DNA of 64,000 nt from Eledone cirrhosa (taxonomy: Eukaryota), in the NCBI GenBank assembly GCA_964016885.1, contig OZ024749.1, positions 4,526,001 to 4,590,000 of the forward strand, in the 5' to 3' direction. The translations under genes were made by a program, and so were the position numbers. Each line of letters opens with the position of its first letter. Position 1 is the stretch's first letter. The notes beneath the pieces were generated by a model. The model was not told the DNA's origin. It saw only the letters and a program-made list of their open reading frames with translations, and did not search any database. Positions 41,431 to 55,037 of the stretch are shown here, piece by piece.

Positions 41431-41759
41431 TACTGAAGTTTATAAGTAGGATATCAATAATCTTAGCGTATCGATAGATATATAAATCTGTTGCTTTGCA
41501 TGTAATGACTGAATCTACCTGAAGTCCCAAATTTAATGGGACTAAATTCATGTACGCCTAATAGTGGAACCCTCCTTGATTAAGGATCCAATATTTTTTT
41601 ATGAAGAGACACCCCATGCGTTTACTGGTACTTACGTGAAAGTGCAACTATTTAAATTCCCTCTAATCAACTCTATGCGAACTATTTAAAGGGAACCTAA
41701 TTTCTTTACCTATAAGTGTTCTATATAGTTAAAGATGCCTGGTTCTCACGTAACCCTGA

Positions 41760-41975
41760 TGATTGCTACTATAGGCACAAGGCCAGTAATTTGGGGAGAA
41801 GGGAAAGGCAATTAAATCGACATCAGTGGGTTACTGGTACTTTATTTATCGACCCTGTAAGGATGAAAGTCAAAGCTAACATCGGTGGAATTTGAAAACA
41901 GTACTTAAAGGGCCGTAACTCTATGCCGCAAAGATTGTTGTCCGACGCTCTACCGATACTGCCAATCCACCGCCC
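41760..41975 (-). mobile_element. tRNA-derived SINE
   Basis: Family match. Confidence 0.85.
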
Positions 41976-44324
41976 TAGCCCTACTAGAAATAACATAGAT
42001 TCCCATAAATTCCATCATCTTCAGTAAACAACTTCAAACCAATTATATTTATACAATGTCTTCATTAGTGGCTATAGTGTTCAGCCCAATATGGTAAGGT
42101 TATGAATTTGATTCCAGGTGGCACACCCTATCCTTAAACGCTTAAATGAGTCGCAATATGTCCTATTGATCCTTTCCGCTCAGCTGGAAATAACATAGTT
42201 GCACTTAAAATGCTTGTAAAGGATGGACGAGGGGGGTACACGTGTTTGTGGAACTCTCACTTAGATGCACGTTACATTTACAATCAGAATGCCTCATTGA
42301 TAAGACAACATAAGTACTCGTCGGTGGAGACGACGCTGATGCAACATACACAGCACTGATTATCAATATTCGTATGGAATAATACATTTATCTTGTCACA
42401 CAACCCTGCTAGATATAGCAACTTAATCTCACTCAAATCATCCCCCATTGCCTCTCATAGGCATATCTAAAGAAACAGCTGCCTTATCTACCTGTAAACA
42501 ATACCCCTCCCCAGCTATGTATTAGAGTAATATACACATCGACTTATAGGTCACATGATGGCTTGACATGTTTACGATAATGACAGATTCTCACTCAAAT
42601 CACCCCCTACTGTCTATATGGATGTTAAAATAAACATCAATTCATTTAATTCTAAACAATGGCTTTTTTGATAATTAGGACATCAATATTCATATCACGA
42701 GACACTCCAAGAGGTCCCACGGCATGTTTGATATGCCAATTTATTTTCCCTTAAATCATGCCCAACAATTATTAATGGCTTTTAAATACACCCCATCAAT
42801 TCGTCTACATCTAAACAATGTCCTCCTTGAAATGTAGAACATTAATATTCATATCGGGAGACCTGTCAGGTACCTGCTAGAAATAGCAACTTAATCTCAC
42901 TCAAATCTTTGTTTAATAAATAAACAGTATCAATAAACAATATCAGTTCATATCAAATACTTGTATACAATGAACACCTTGCTACTTATCAAATCAATAT
43001 TCATATTAAGAGACACACCACGTGATCGTTACTAGAACCTGCAAGTGATTGTGCTTCAAATTCGTGGGGCTAAATATATAGTAGCAACACCTCTACTTGA
43101 AAACCATGACCTCCTTCGTTCCTAAATAATAAGAAATCAATATTCCACAGGATATGTTTATATACTACTATGTAGCTCTAAATATATTTAACCTCCTAGA
43201 TGAAGAATTTTGCATTTTTATTTGACTATAGGAAATATAATCTTTTATAGTTTTAGTTTCACACTGGAGAGTCAAATCACTTTCTCCATTCTAGTTATTA
43301 AGATAAAGAAGTGATTTAGTTTTATTGATCTTTTCGTTATCAAAATATTTGCTTTATATTTCAACAATTACCAAGAGACATTGCTAAACAATCTCATATT
43401 CATAGCTGCTCTTTAAGAGGTTACATATTAAATTCTGTCAGCTATTGAATGATAAAATCATAGTAAATAATAACAATAATATTAATAATATCAATAAAAA
43501 TAATGTTATTAATAATATTATCAATAATAACGGCGGAAATTGTCTCAAAGCAACACTGTCAGGCCGTTATTAAAATCCGATCGTTCAAAGGCATTGTCAA
43601 TCCTGTCCATAAACAAACTCGATTTTAATCGATATTATATTGACTAAACATCTAGAAATTGTCTGCAGAGGGACGTCATGTGCTTGTTCTGTCATGCCGT
43701 TTCGATTTCTCTTTGGATAATATGCTTTTTATTCTGTTTAAATATTTCATATATTTTTTTATGTATATTTTGTGGGTTAAAATGTTTAAAAATATGATTG
43801 CAGTTACAAATGTAATGTAATGTGATGTGATGGGGAACTCTAAATGACATACATGTCAGACGATATAAAGTGTAATATTTAAATCTGTTACTATATATTA
43901 CAATATATCTGTACACAGACATGCGTGAATAATTATGAGGTTCTCTTTAAAGCCATATGTTTACCATAGAAACTAGAGCACGTTTATTGTTTCAGAAAAT
44001 GTATAATTCCCTAATAAAAGCTAAATATTGGTCTTCTGTACTTTGAGTATTAGACCTGCAAGAAATAGCAGCTAAGCACACATCAAACGTTACACTAGCT
44101 TGTTAAAAATGTGCAGTATTAACTATACTATAAAACAGATTGGTCAGTGATATAACCATTTTGCTCAAAGGTTTGTGGAATCAGGGCTCACCTTCAACTA
44201 AACGAATGCCTCAACTATTAGAATCAATACTTAGAAACATAGAGCCCCATCAATATTTACTACAAATTATTTCATCCGATTTCTTACATGTTCTGCTCTA
44301 TCACCGTTCGTAATGATAATTCCT

Positions 44325-44535
44325 CATTTGAGGATAAGGCCAGCCGTTTTTAAGGAAAGGGAAATGTCGAATACATTGACCTAGTCCTTAAGTGGGAATT
44401 TATTTTATCGATCCTGAAATGATGAAATACAAGGTAGAGCTACGTTAAGTTTGAACACTGAACTCGGAAAGTCGTTACGAAATACGGCAAGGCAATTTGT
44501 CCAACACTCTACCAATACTGCCAATCCAGCGCTCT
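44325..44535 (-). mobile_element. tRNA-derived SINE, diverged
   Basis: Family match; further decayed copies follow to ~44900. Confidence 0.75.
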
Positions 44536-46254
44536 TATGATTTGTAACTAAAATACAAAAACAGCATATTTTGTGGAAGAGAACATTTTATTAAATAGCC
44601 CTTAGTAGTGGAAAGCTACCTAACCTATTGAAACAGGAACGATGTAATGGACAGTTGATATTGCGGAGATTTGAACTCGTTTCTTACCCAGAGCAAATGC
44701 CGGTATTTTAATGCACCTAATAAAAGCACTACTAATTATACCAACCCACTAATGATCTGGTTCAAATTATTTGTACATTCTTGACAGAGAAGAATAGAAA
44801 TATAGAACCGAATACAGGATTAAATGACATCGCTGTTAGCTATTTGAACTCGGAGCCAAGTGAACAGGAGCAAACAATTCAAGACATGCTCAGCGACTTT
44901 CTGTTGAGTTATTTGAATCGATGCCTTCAAAGGTACTGATTAATGATCTAAACTTATTTGTTAGGACACTAATGAATGTGATTATTCAACGGTTTTTTGT
45001 TGCGATTAGTATTGTTTGTGAGACGACAACGAAAGCTATGTGAATCAAGCACTATCATAAAGGAAATACGGTATTCAAAATATATTGTTATCTTACACCA
45101 GAGGACTCAATATCAATCATCACGACCATGGAGAGAGCTACAGCGGGCCAAATATGATATGGGGTGGGGGATGTGATAATGTTTTTCAGCAAAATGTGAA
45201 TTAGTACAAAATGTAGAAGGCAACTTGTCCGTTTCAATTTTTCATTAATTCCGTCTTTAGATTTGGTTAATTTACCTTTGTTAGTTTTCACTTTTAATAA
45301 ATTCCTCTTTTTTATTTTATATTTCATAGTAAATCATGGGTAAGTTGTGACATATTTTACAATAACAAGGAAAAATGATAAATGTTTAGGAAAATAGTAG
45401 TCTTATAAACATCTCTGCAGCGCGTCAAGTAGATTTTGGGTCGCAAGCGGCCGTGAGTTTCAGATCCATTCTTCAGTGATAGATAAAAAATAGTTTGACT
45501 GCTCGTCTGAATTATATGTGAATTGTTAGACATGAATATTCGTTCTGCCTTAATTTTTGTATTTTTATGTATAGAAGTTAGATTCAACATTATTAAACAG
45601 TTTATTGGATTTAAATAGCATATAATATATGCGGAGTTATTTCATTACTGGTGTACTGTGACCATCGGGAGGAATATAAACAATACCTTTTACTTACCAC
45701 TGCATTGTTAGCGGTTTCAAGACTATATCCGATTTACTTCATCACATGCATAGAACTGATGAATTAGACGTATTATCTTCTTGAAACCGTTAGTAATGGG
45801 GTGTTAAACTAAACTATTAGTACTCCACCTCCATATTATCTTTCATAACTATTTTTTCTTATTTTCTCCAACTGTGTAATATATATATTAATAATAAATT
45901 TGAAGGTTAAAATCCAAAGAGGGCTGGATAAATATATAAGGTAAGGCTTGTGCTTACGCTAAATTTGGCTGAATACAATTAGTCTGATCTCTCTTCTTCG
46001 TTAAACTCCGCCAGTTGCAGACTGCGCATCAACATGATATATTTTTCGTGGGGATTTAAAAGATCCCTCTGAAGTAAAAGAGGATGAGTATTGATTTCCC
46101 ATATAAGTCAATACTCATTCCTTTCTCCTTCAGATGCTTCTTTTTTAAATCCTCACTAACAGGCTAGCTTTATTTAGTCAAATATGTCGTAAACACAAGA
46201 CTCTACCTTATTTCACTTTGCCCGCTGTTTCATACAGATAACATATCACTCTCC

Positions 46255-46280
<26 letters not shown>

Positions 46281-46285
<5 letters not shown>

Positions 46286-46776
46286 AAATAGTAAAAAAAG
46301 AAAAAAAAAAACAGAAATTGCTAAAGGGATTTTATCAGAATAAACATTTTTGTTATTCTCAGATATTATTTACAAAATAGGAAATTCCACATTGATTGTA
46401 TTGGTTTCAGCTTATATTCTTTTTCATACGAAGGAAGTGTATAATGCAATTAAATTGCATATTAATAAGAATAATAAGAACAGATTCTTACCTGCTAATA
46501 CCAGGTAAGCACTAAGACAGGAAGAAAGAAAAGTAGACAAAAATGTGAACATTTCTCCATAAATATGTATGGGAAAGCAGTGTTTCCTCATATCCTTATT
46601 GTTCTTATTAATATGCAATTTAATTACATTACACACTTTCGTCGTGTGAAAAAGCGTATAATCTGAAACCGGTACAATCAATGCAGATATCCTTATTTTG
46701 TAAATGTTTAGATGTTATTCTGAGAGAAAATCCCTTCAGCACTTTCAACTGTTTTTTTCATTTTTAGTATTTTATA
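46281..46776. mobile_element. Fold-back/MITE with ~190-bp imperfect inverted arms
   Basis: ~46281-46478 pairs with ~46595-46776; (TA)n on both sides. Confidence 0.75.
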
Positions 46777-46812
46777 TATATATATCAACTCGTGTGTGTC
46801 ACTTCTCCACGT

Positions 46813-46843
<31 letters not shown>

Positions 46844-48200
46844 AAAAGGGACATAGTTTTACGACAGATATTCGTTGATGTGCGATGTTTCGTTTGTGAT
46901 GGTGCCTGAAGGAGTTTTATATTTATTTTACCGACGCTTAATTGCCTTCTAGATAGGTATTTCTAAATCATAACATAGTGGTACCAAACACAATGCAAAT
47001 ATATTAGTTTAAGTGTCATCAATTGATTTCGTAGTCAATTGAATTTGTTCTGTCTTTGTTTTCTCTATATAATTTAGAAGTATACTGCGTAACAAACATA
47101 TACTGGTCAACGTTTGCCGTGTTGCATAACTGAGGTTGCGATTGTCCTAAGTTAGCTTAGAAAAGTATATATTGAAATTACTGTGTATCTAGAGAAAGTC
47201 GGTTGACATAATATTTTTGTAGACTTCCGAGATTGATGGAAGGGATAGGAGCACATATAATCGAAATGACGTACTGGTTCCAAAGATACCAACATATTTA
47301 ACTCAACTAAAGTCATGTTAAATGACACGTGGTGGTGTTATACCGGTCAAGGAAAAACGGTGATCATTAAGTCCGGAAGAATCTATACGCAGTCCCTATG
47401 CATATACATGGCATAAATGGCATCGTGATAGCATTTTTTTGACAGACTCTTGCTAAATAAAACATGCACATAGACAAATACTCACAATAAAAAAAAAATT
47501 GTTTGAAATAAAAAAATATATAATGTAATATGAAAGTAACACACGAACACGTACGCACGCACGCGCACCCTTGTGTGTGCATTTGCTGTATATATGTAAA
47601 TAAGTCTACGTATAATTCAACAACCAACCTTCCGTCTTCAACCTATTTTGTTTTTTTATTAATCACAAAGTTGGGTAATTCCAGACACTCAACTGATTAA
47701 TATTTACACTTCTGTTGATTGTCAGTATGATTACATAAATACGTGACGATAATTTTACTCTAAATTACACACATCAACAATTTAATTTCATTAGTTCAAT
47801 TAATTATTTAAGAATATATTGTTGGCCTCGGTATCAAATCATCTTGAGACGTCGGTAAGATTTTACTATTATTTTTCTACTCTCGTTTACTATGATTTTC
47901 TTTATTATATCTTTTCACGAAGCTAATACTTATTAACCATATTGTCGTCTGCTGAAAATACTGATTTTGCATTTCTTCGGCAACTAACTCGCCCTGACCT
48001 ACTTTCTTGTATGTATCAAAAAAGTTGTGCGTTGTATTACAATGTCATAATATATATACCAGTCATGTATTTCATGATATATGAGAAATATTAGTGATAT
48101 TCTTTCGTTTTTTATCCCATTATTTGGCGAACAAAAATATAAACATATACATATTTGTGTGCGTATCTATATTTGCATGTATATGTATATATATATACAC

Positions 48201-48248
<48 letters not shown>

Positions 48249-48369
48249 CGTGTGTATATATATTATTGTAATAAATAAATTTCGCTCAACGTGGCTGAAT
48301 ACTATAAATGTCATCAATTCGTTTAGCAATTATGCAAACAAGTTTTTAACTAAGTTATCTGTGAGTTTT

Positions 48370-49112
48370 TGGGGGTGGTTCGAACTAACATGTATGTATC
48401 TAAAGGACTCGTTAGGTTCGTGGTACGGATAATAGAGGGAAGTATCTAAGTATAGAGTTTACATCTAAAAAGTTGGCCCTAGTCGTATTTGAAGCTATGG
48501 TTATTCTGAATCTTAGATTACGGAAGAACCAGCTTAAGTTTTTCCGAAACTCATCCGTGGGTCTGGGGTTTACTTTGTGAAAAGAGAAAAGACCATAATC
48601 TCGGTATAATCCCCCGGTTAGGCCAGTAAAGAGGTTCTTCAGGTGGGTGTAAGATGTACAAACCCACGAGGTCACTAACTTCAGCCGACTCATTTCCTCC
48701 CATGTTAACGCCAAATGAGATCCCATACTTGTTAATCCAGTAAAATCCCTTGTAGTGTAGAAAGGTCTTACGGGCGTGGAGGATCACATCCAGCTCGTCA
48801 TCGGTTATGGTGGTAAAATTTCTTGAAAAAGCAAGTGCGACCTATGTCTTCTATGTCGAGTTGCAGAAAGCGGGTGTTGGGTTTATCGGACAATTCTTGG
48901 AACCAAGAGATTGGCTTCAAAGGTTCTGCTCCAGAGTGGGAGAGGTGAGGCTGACGCAGTGATGGTAGTACTCTATCAAGGATCTTTTTGCTGATAGAAC
49001 CGATGTCCGAATGTGTAAAGTTGGATCACTCTGACTGATGGTTTGTTGAGGAAGTTTCCCTTGTTGTCCTTCAGTGTAAAGTGCGGGGTCGTTACCCTTA
49101 AGTGTTCAGTTC
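48370..49112 (-). mobile_element. Internal RT fragment of a Naiad-type PLE
   Basis: PHFTLKDNKGNF..VILHARKTFL..FGVNMGGNESAEVSDLVGLYIL..GGLYRDYGL..ANFLDV, frameshifted. Confidence 0.85.
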
Positions 49113-49184
49113 GGTGTGTGTATTATATATATATATTATACATATGTGTATTGTAATATATATATTGTTATATCTTATATATAT

Positions 49185-49317
49185 ACGGTAGTGTCGGACG
49201 CCATGCTTTGACGCATATTTACGGCCCTTTCCATTCTGAGTTCAAATCCCGCGAGGTTAACTTTGCCTTTCATCCTTACGGGGTCAATAAAATAAAGTAC
49301 CTATAATACACTGGGGT

Positions 49318-49320
<3 letters not shown>
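49185..49320 (+). mobile_element. tRNA-derived SINE, partial
   Basis: Family match between (TA)n tracts. Confidence 0.8.
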
Positions 49321-49351
<31 letters not shown>

Positions 49352-50106
49352 TATATATATATATATATATAATGTGTGTGTGTTGCTTTGTTCTATGTAT
49401 TATTTATCTATGCGTTGCTTGATATTGGTATGTTGCTGTTTGTAAGTTTCTTTCTTTTGTTTCTTATTAAAGTTATTGTTTTGTATTATTAACAATTCTC
49501 TGGCGCTGGTAAGTCAATTTAATTGACATCAAGATTTCTGAAAGCAACACGGCTCCAAACTTCTGTTGTTTTTTTATTCCATACTTGCTTCTTGTTCTAA
49601 CATGAAACAACATATTTCACCTGTACGTCCGTCTCTATCTACTGATAGTAAAATTTACTACTAAAATCCACATTGTTTTATCATGATTTATGAGATATAT
49701 TTATTTGATAATCAGCTTTCTCATCCGAACTCATTCCAGTAAAAAATAAACAAATTAAATTCATTTAATAAATAGCAGTAAATACTTCATTTCACTCTCG
49801 TATATAGTTAACGTACATGTTTTCCTGGTATAATAGTGACGTAGCTACTGCTGTACGGCGAATAATAAAGTTATTATAAATGATACACTGCTGAAAGTTA
49901 TTACTAGTATATATTCTAATATGATGCTGATAGTTTCTGTTTTTTCAAATAAAGAAAGTATTATTATCTACATGAAACCTTTCTGCAGAGAGAAAGTTTC
50001 AGCTGTCTACAGGTATCAGGCTCATGTGATACATGCGTTATGTTCATGTCTTAACAACTCTACCGACGGTTCTTCCAGTTACTAGGAAGGCTGATTTTTG
50101 TAAATT

Positions 50107-51460
50107 TTATTATTTTCAATAATAATTTTTTTACTTTTTGGCACAATGCCCGTAATTACCCCAAGTGCATTACTGGTACTTTATTTCATCGACCCCGTAA
50201 GGATGAAAGTCCAAGTTAACCTTGGCGGGATTTGAACTCAGACCATAAAGGGCCGTAACTCTTTGTTGCAAAGCATGGCGCCAGACCCTCTAATGGTACA
50301 GCCAATCCACCGCCCTTTAAATTATAAAATAATAATATTATACGTCCCTTTACAGTCTGAGTTCAAATCCCGCCGAGGTTAACTTTGCCTTTAATCCTTA
50401 CGGGGTCGATAAAATAAAGTACCAGTAATATACTGTGTTATTGCTGGCCTTGTGCCCAAAGTAGAAACAATTATTATTTTCAATAATAATTGTTTCTACT
50501 TTGGGCAAACGTCCAGCAATTATCCCAGTGCATTATGGTACTTTATTTTATCCACCGCGTAAGGATGAAAGGCAAAGTTAACCTCGGCGGGAATTGAACT
50601 CAGAACGAAAAGGGCCATAACTCTATGCTGTAAAGCATGGTGTTTGATACTCTACTAATAATGCCAATTCACCGCCTTAAATCATTCTCATCCGACGTTC
50701 TATCGACTCTGCCAATTCGCCGTTAACTTTGCCATTCATCCTTACCCGCTCGATAAAATAAAGCACCAGTAATGTACTGGGTATTTGTGGGCCTTGTGCC
50801 AAAAGTAGAAACAATTATTATTTTCAATAATAATTGTTTCTACTTTAGGCACAAGGCCAGCAATTATCACAGTGCATTACTGGTACTTTATTTTATCGAC
50901 CCAGTAAGGATGAAAGACAAAGTCAACCTCGGCGGGATTTGAATTCAGATCGTAAAGGGACGTAACTATGCTGGAAAGCATGGCGTCCGACACTCTACCG
51001 ATACTGCCAATACACCGCCCTTGGTAATAATATTATTATTTTAGGTGGAGAATTGGCAGAGTCGATAGAACGTCGGATAAGAATGATTTATGTTATTCAT
51101 TCCGGTTCTCTGGGTTTACATCCCACCGAGGTCAACTTTGACCTTTCTCGTTTGGAGGCTGTTAAAAAAAAATGCCTGTCTAGTACTATGGTGGATTCAT
51201 CCTCTATATCTCATTCTCATTTCCTCTCTCTCACTTTCTATCTTCTCTGTGAGAAATCTGCTTTACTCAGGCCTGGAGAGGGATGGCAGTATCGGTAGAC
51301 GATCGGACGTCATGCTGTTCAGCATTGTTACGGCCATTTATGTCTGAGTTCAAATTCCACCGAGGTTAACTTTGCCATTCATCCTTACGGGGTCGATAAA
51401 ATAAAGAACCACAAATGCACTGGGGTAATTACTGGCCTTGTGCCAAATGTAGAAACACTT
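50107..51460. mobile_element. Cluster of at least seven SINE copies in alternating orientation
   Basis: Minus: 50128-50315, 50492-50676, 50836-51020. Plus: 50341-50470, 50721-50814, ~51043-51200, ~51275-51460. Confidence 0.9.
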
Positions 51461-51932
51461 ATTCATATTATGCTAACAATATACATTCAAGAGCAGATTA
51501 TTCTGTTGATCATGAACGTGGTACAGTCGTCATCGTCGGTACCGACGGGGATCCAAAGTGATAAGTACTATACGTTTATGATTTGTCTGAAGCTCGAAGA
51601 CTCATTACGTCGTTCTTTATCCCGGTGTCCTTATGGTCAAGCGATAAATTAAAAGAAATTCACCTGAACAAGACACCAATCAATCCCAGGTTTAAGCCCC
51701 AGCTATCACTGGTAGTAAATTTCAGCTGCTTATACTGTATTAACGTGGAATCAAGTGTTATGCTTAAGAATACAATTCATGACCCGGTCTTGAAATTGAC
51801 CTCACTCTATTATGACCGTAAATCAACACCGTTACAACTAGACCACGCCCCTTCAAAACCCCATAACTTCACTTGTGTAAAACATTAGATGAAAAACAGC
51901 AGCAAACATTTCAACATTGTTTATATTTAACA

Positions 51933-52835
51933 CTAGCAGTCGTACCCGGCGTTGCACAGGAAAATGTATTTTGGAACGCGGGCCGCCAATAGACCTAAAA
52001 ACTGCATGCCTGGACAATATGTAAAGAAAATAAACCGAATACTCTGATGGCTGGATAATCTTTAAGATTTTCCTCGATGAAGCAAAAAAAATGCAGGTTT
52101 TCATCTAATGCGAGGCCTAAGGGATCAAGAAAATGAATTTTTATATGTGCATAATATGCCTTGAAATTTCGGGAAAATCGGCTAGAAAAAGCCCTAAGAA
52201 GCTGAAAAAATGAAATGTCTCGCCTAATGCGGGCCCTAGGCCATCAGAAAGTTGGATTTTCTTTGCTTACAGTATGAAGAAGAGACTGACTAATACATAG
52301 TTAGAATTTCAAGGAAATCAGTCTGACGTAACGCCTCAAAAAACCCCTAAAAATGTTAAACAACGCAGTTGTTCACCTCATGCGGGCCCTAGGAGATAAA
52401 AAGAAGTTGAATTTTTTTATGTGCATAACACCGCCTGAAACATAAATAATACACCTGTAAAGTTTGAAAAGAATCAGTTGGGTACTTCTCGAGTTTCTCT
52501 CTCTCACTCTCTCTCTCACTCTCTCGCTCTCTCTCTCTCGCTCTCTCTCGCTCACACGCGTGACGTAATGCAGACATACAGACAGATATTATAAGGGCGC
52601 GACGTTATAAGTATCTATCTATCTAAAAAGCGATAGACAAAGAATTATAGAGCGGGCTCGCCTAATGTGATCCCTGGGGCATTGAAAATTTGAAATTTAT
52701 TTTGCTCAGAACGCTCCATGAAACATAAGTATTACATGTGTAAAGTTTCAAAACAGTCGGTTGTGTGGTTCTCGAGTTTTATGGATTCGAACTCACACTC
52801 ACACAGACATGCATCCTCAGTTTTATATATATAGA
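51933..52835 (-). mobile_element. Non-autonomous Helitron
   Basis: Minus strand starts A|TC and ends with hairpin cctgtgcaacgccggg then CTAG|T; internal diverged repeats (cctaatgcgggccctagg) at ~52105, 52223, 52376, 52661. Confidence 0.75.
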
Positions 52836-53292
52836 TAATACATTTCTCTCATTTCTTTCCTACTTATCACAGATGGCGATGGAATATATGTTATTTTTTT
52901 ACACTCAAAATTGCCCTTAATTGCTGATACAAACGAATGGGTACCAGACTAACAAATATACATACATACATACAAAAAAAACCTGCCATCCTTGAGCATC
53001 TTTAGACATGGCAGAGCCGATCCCACTCTCTGACAGGGCACAGCCCATTTATTTAAAATAAGAATGAGAGAGAATGAGAGGTGGGGAGAGAGGGATTGTC
53101 AACACTATTACAGAAATGGTACTTTCTCTACCGACTTTTGATAGATGTAAGGCATGTTGATTTCGATGCGATTTGAACACAGATCTCGTTGAGCCTGAGC
53201 TAATATGGAAATATTTTTGATCTAAAACCCTGAGAAAACGCCTCCCCTATATCATGTCCTTCGGTGACACGGAGCGGCCAGCGCGTGGGTCC

Positions 53293-53575
53293 TCATTTCC
53301 TCATAATAATTTGTTCTACTTTTGGCACAAGTCCAGCAATTACCCCAGTGTATTATTTGTATTATTTTATTACTTGTATTATTTTATCGACCCTGTAAGC
53401 ATGAAAGGCAAAATTAACCTCGGCGGGATTTTAACTCTGATCATTTCCTCATAATAATTGTTTCTACTTTAGGCACGAGGCCAGCAATTACCCAGTGCAT
53501 TACTGGTACTTTATTTTATCGACCCCGTGAGGATGAAAGGCAAAGTCAACCTCGGCGGATTTCCTCATAATAATG
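53293..53575 (-). mobile_element. Two tandem 5'-truncated SINEs, each with a TSD
   Basis: atttcctcataataat occurs three times (~53295, ~53443, ~53559), separating the two SINE bodies. Confidence 0.85.
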
Positions 53576-54680
53576 AGAGTTGGGGAGAGCGGGAGATGCG
53601 GTGATAGTGGAAGTCTAGTTCCTCTGTGTTTGGACCTGGTATACATGTGTGTGCGACTGATTTATTTGTACAATTTTATAAATTAATATAATTTGCTATG
53701 ATAAGGCTCTGTCAATTATCTACCGTTGTTGTCGGCATGGTAAAGGTAATGTGACGCAGTGATTCGTCTCATTTAGTTTACAATAATTTAATACAGACAT
53801 AGTAATTTCAGCGTTGGAACTCATTAGAGAATCCATGTCTGTAATTAGAGTAATATTGCATTTAACATCCTCTAATGGTTTAACAAAAAAATATTTTAAA
53901 ACGGTATTGTTAATTCAAATGTCTATAGCAGCCTCACCACTGAGCAGGTTTTTGTGTAAATTTAAAGCAAACGGATCTAGACCGGAGAGTTTGTAAACAC
54001 TTTAACCTGATGCATTCATGATTCTTTTTTCTAGGTTCTCTTTCTTATGAGTTAACATGTAGTAGAAGTGGTCGAATGTTTGTCTGGATTCGGATGACTA
54101 TTCTACATTAGAAAGAATGACAGAGCTCATCGGATATTTCAGGCGTCTACACATTTGGGAACTTTAACACGACGAGCGGGCCGGATGCTTGGAAAGGAGT
54201 GTGTGTGTGTGTGTGACAGCTCACACCTATGAAGGTTTAGTTGGCTTCCTCCAAGGTATATCTCGTTGGTGGTGGTGGTGGCGTTAAGGAGAAAAACAAG
54301 GAGGCAGAATACAGCTGTAAAAAAGTTAAAAGTTTCTGTCATTACATCTTTTCATTGTGTCTCTGTATTGGGAATTCTTGTTTATGGTTACTGCATCTTT
54401 GATAATATCTTGCCCCTCCAGTATCAGAAAATGTTTAACGACCAGCTTCAGTGGCAAATATTATGTAAGAAGTAATATTGATTCGAACGGACATCAGTTA
54501 AGAATATTTACCGAACATAATTTCAACGTCTCACCTATATTATGCTACAACACAATTCAATTACTCATGAAATTATATTATATTTCTGTATTTCCACGTG
54601 AAACTAACTGAAATGGTATTAAATTTTAACGACATAATTAGTTTGGAATTCACTCTGCAGCTTGCCATGTTATCGGTGAG

Positions 54681-54727
<47 letters not shown>

Positions 54728-54983
54728 AATGTACACGCACACATATGTATATATTCCGTGATGCAATATGAATTTAATTGCATATAATATTAGGAACAAA
54801 GTCATAATATTGAAGTTGTAAAACAACGTCTAATTGTATATATTCCACTAATTATATTATGGCGAAGTGAATACGAAAATTACAACAGATTTTCATATTT
54901 CGTTTATCGATCGTTAACGACGAAACGGTTGTATTTCTATCTTTCTACTGTTGCACATATAACCATATATATATATATGTGTG

Positions 54984-55034
<51 letters not shown>

Positions 55035-55037
<3 letters not shown>

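Noticed and set aside
46281-46776. Long hairpin as a selected RNA structure
   Set aside because: G-U and A-C mismatches are roughly balanced, consistent with a DNA-level MITE
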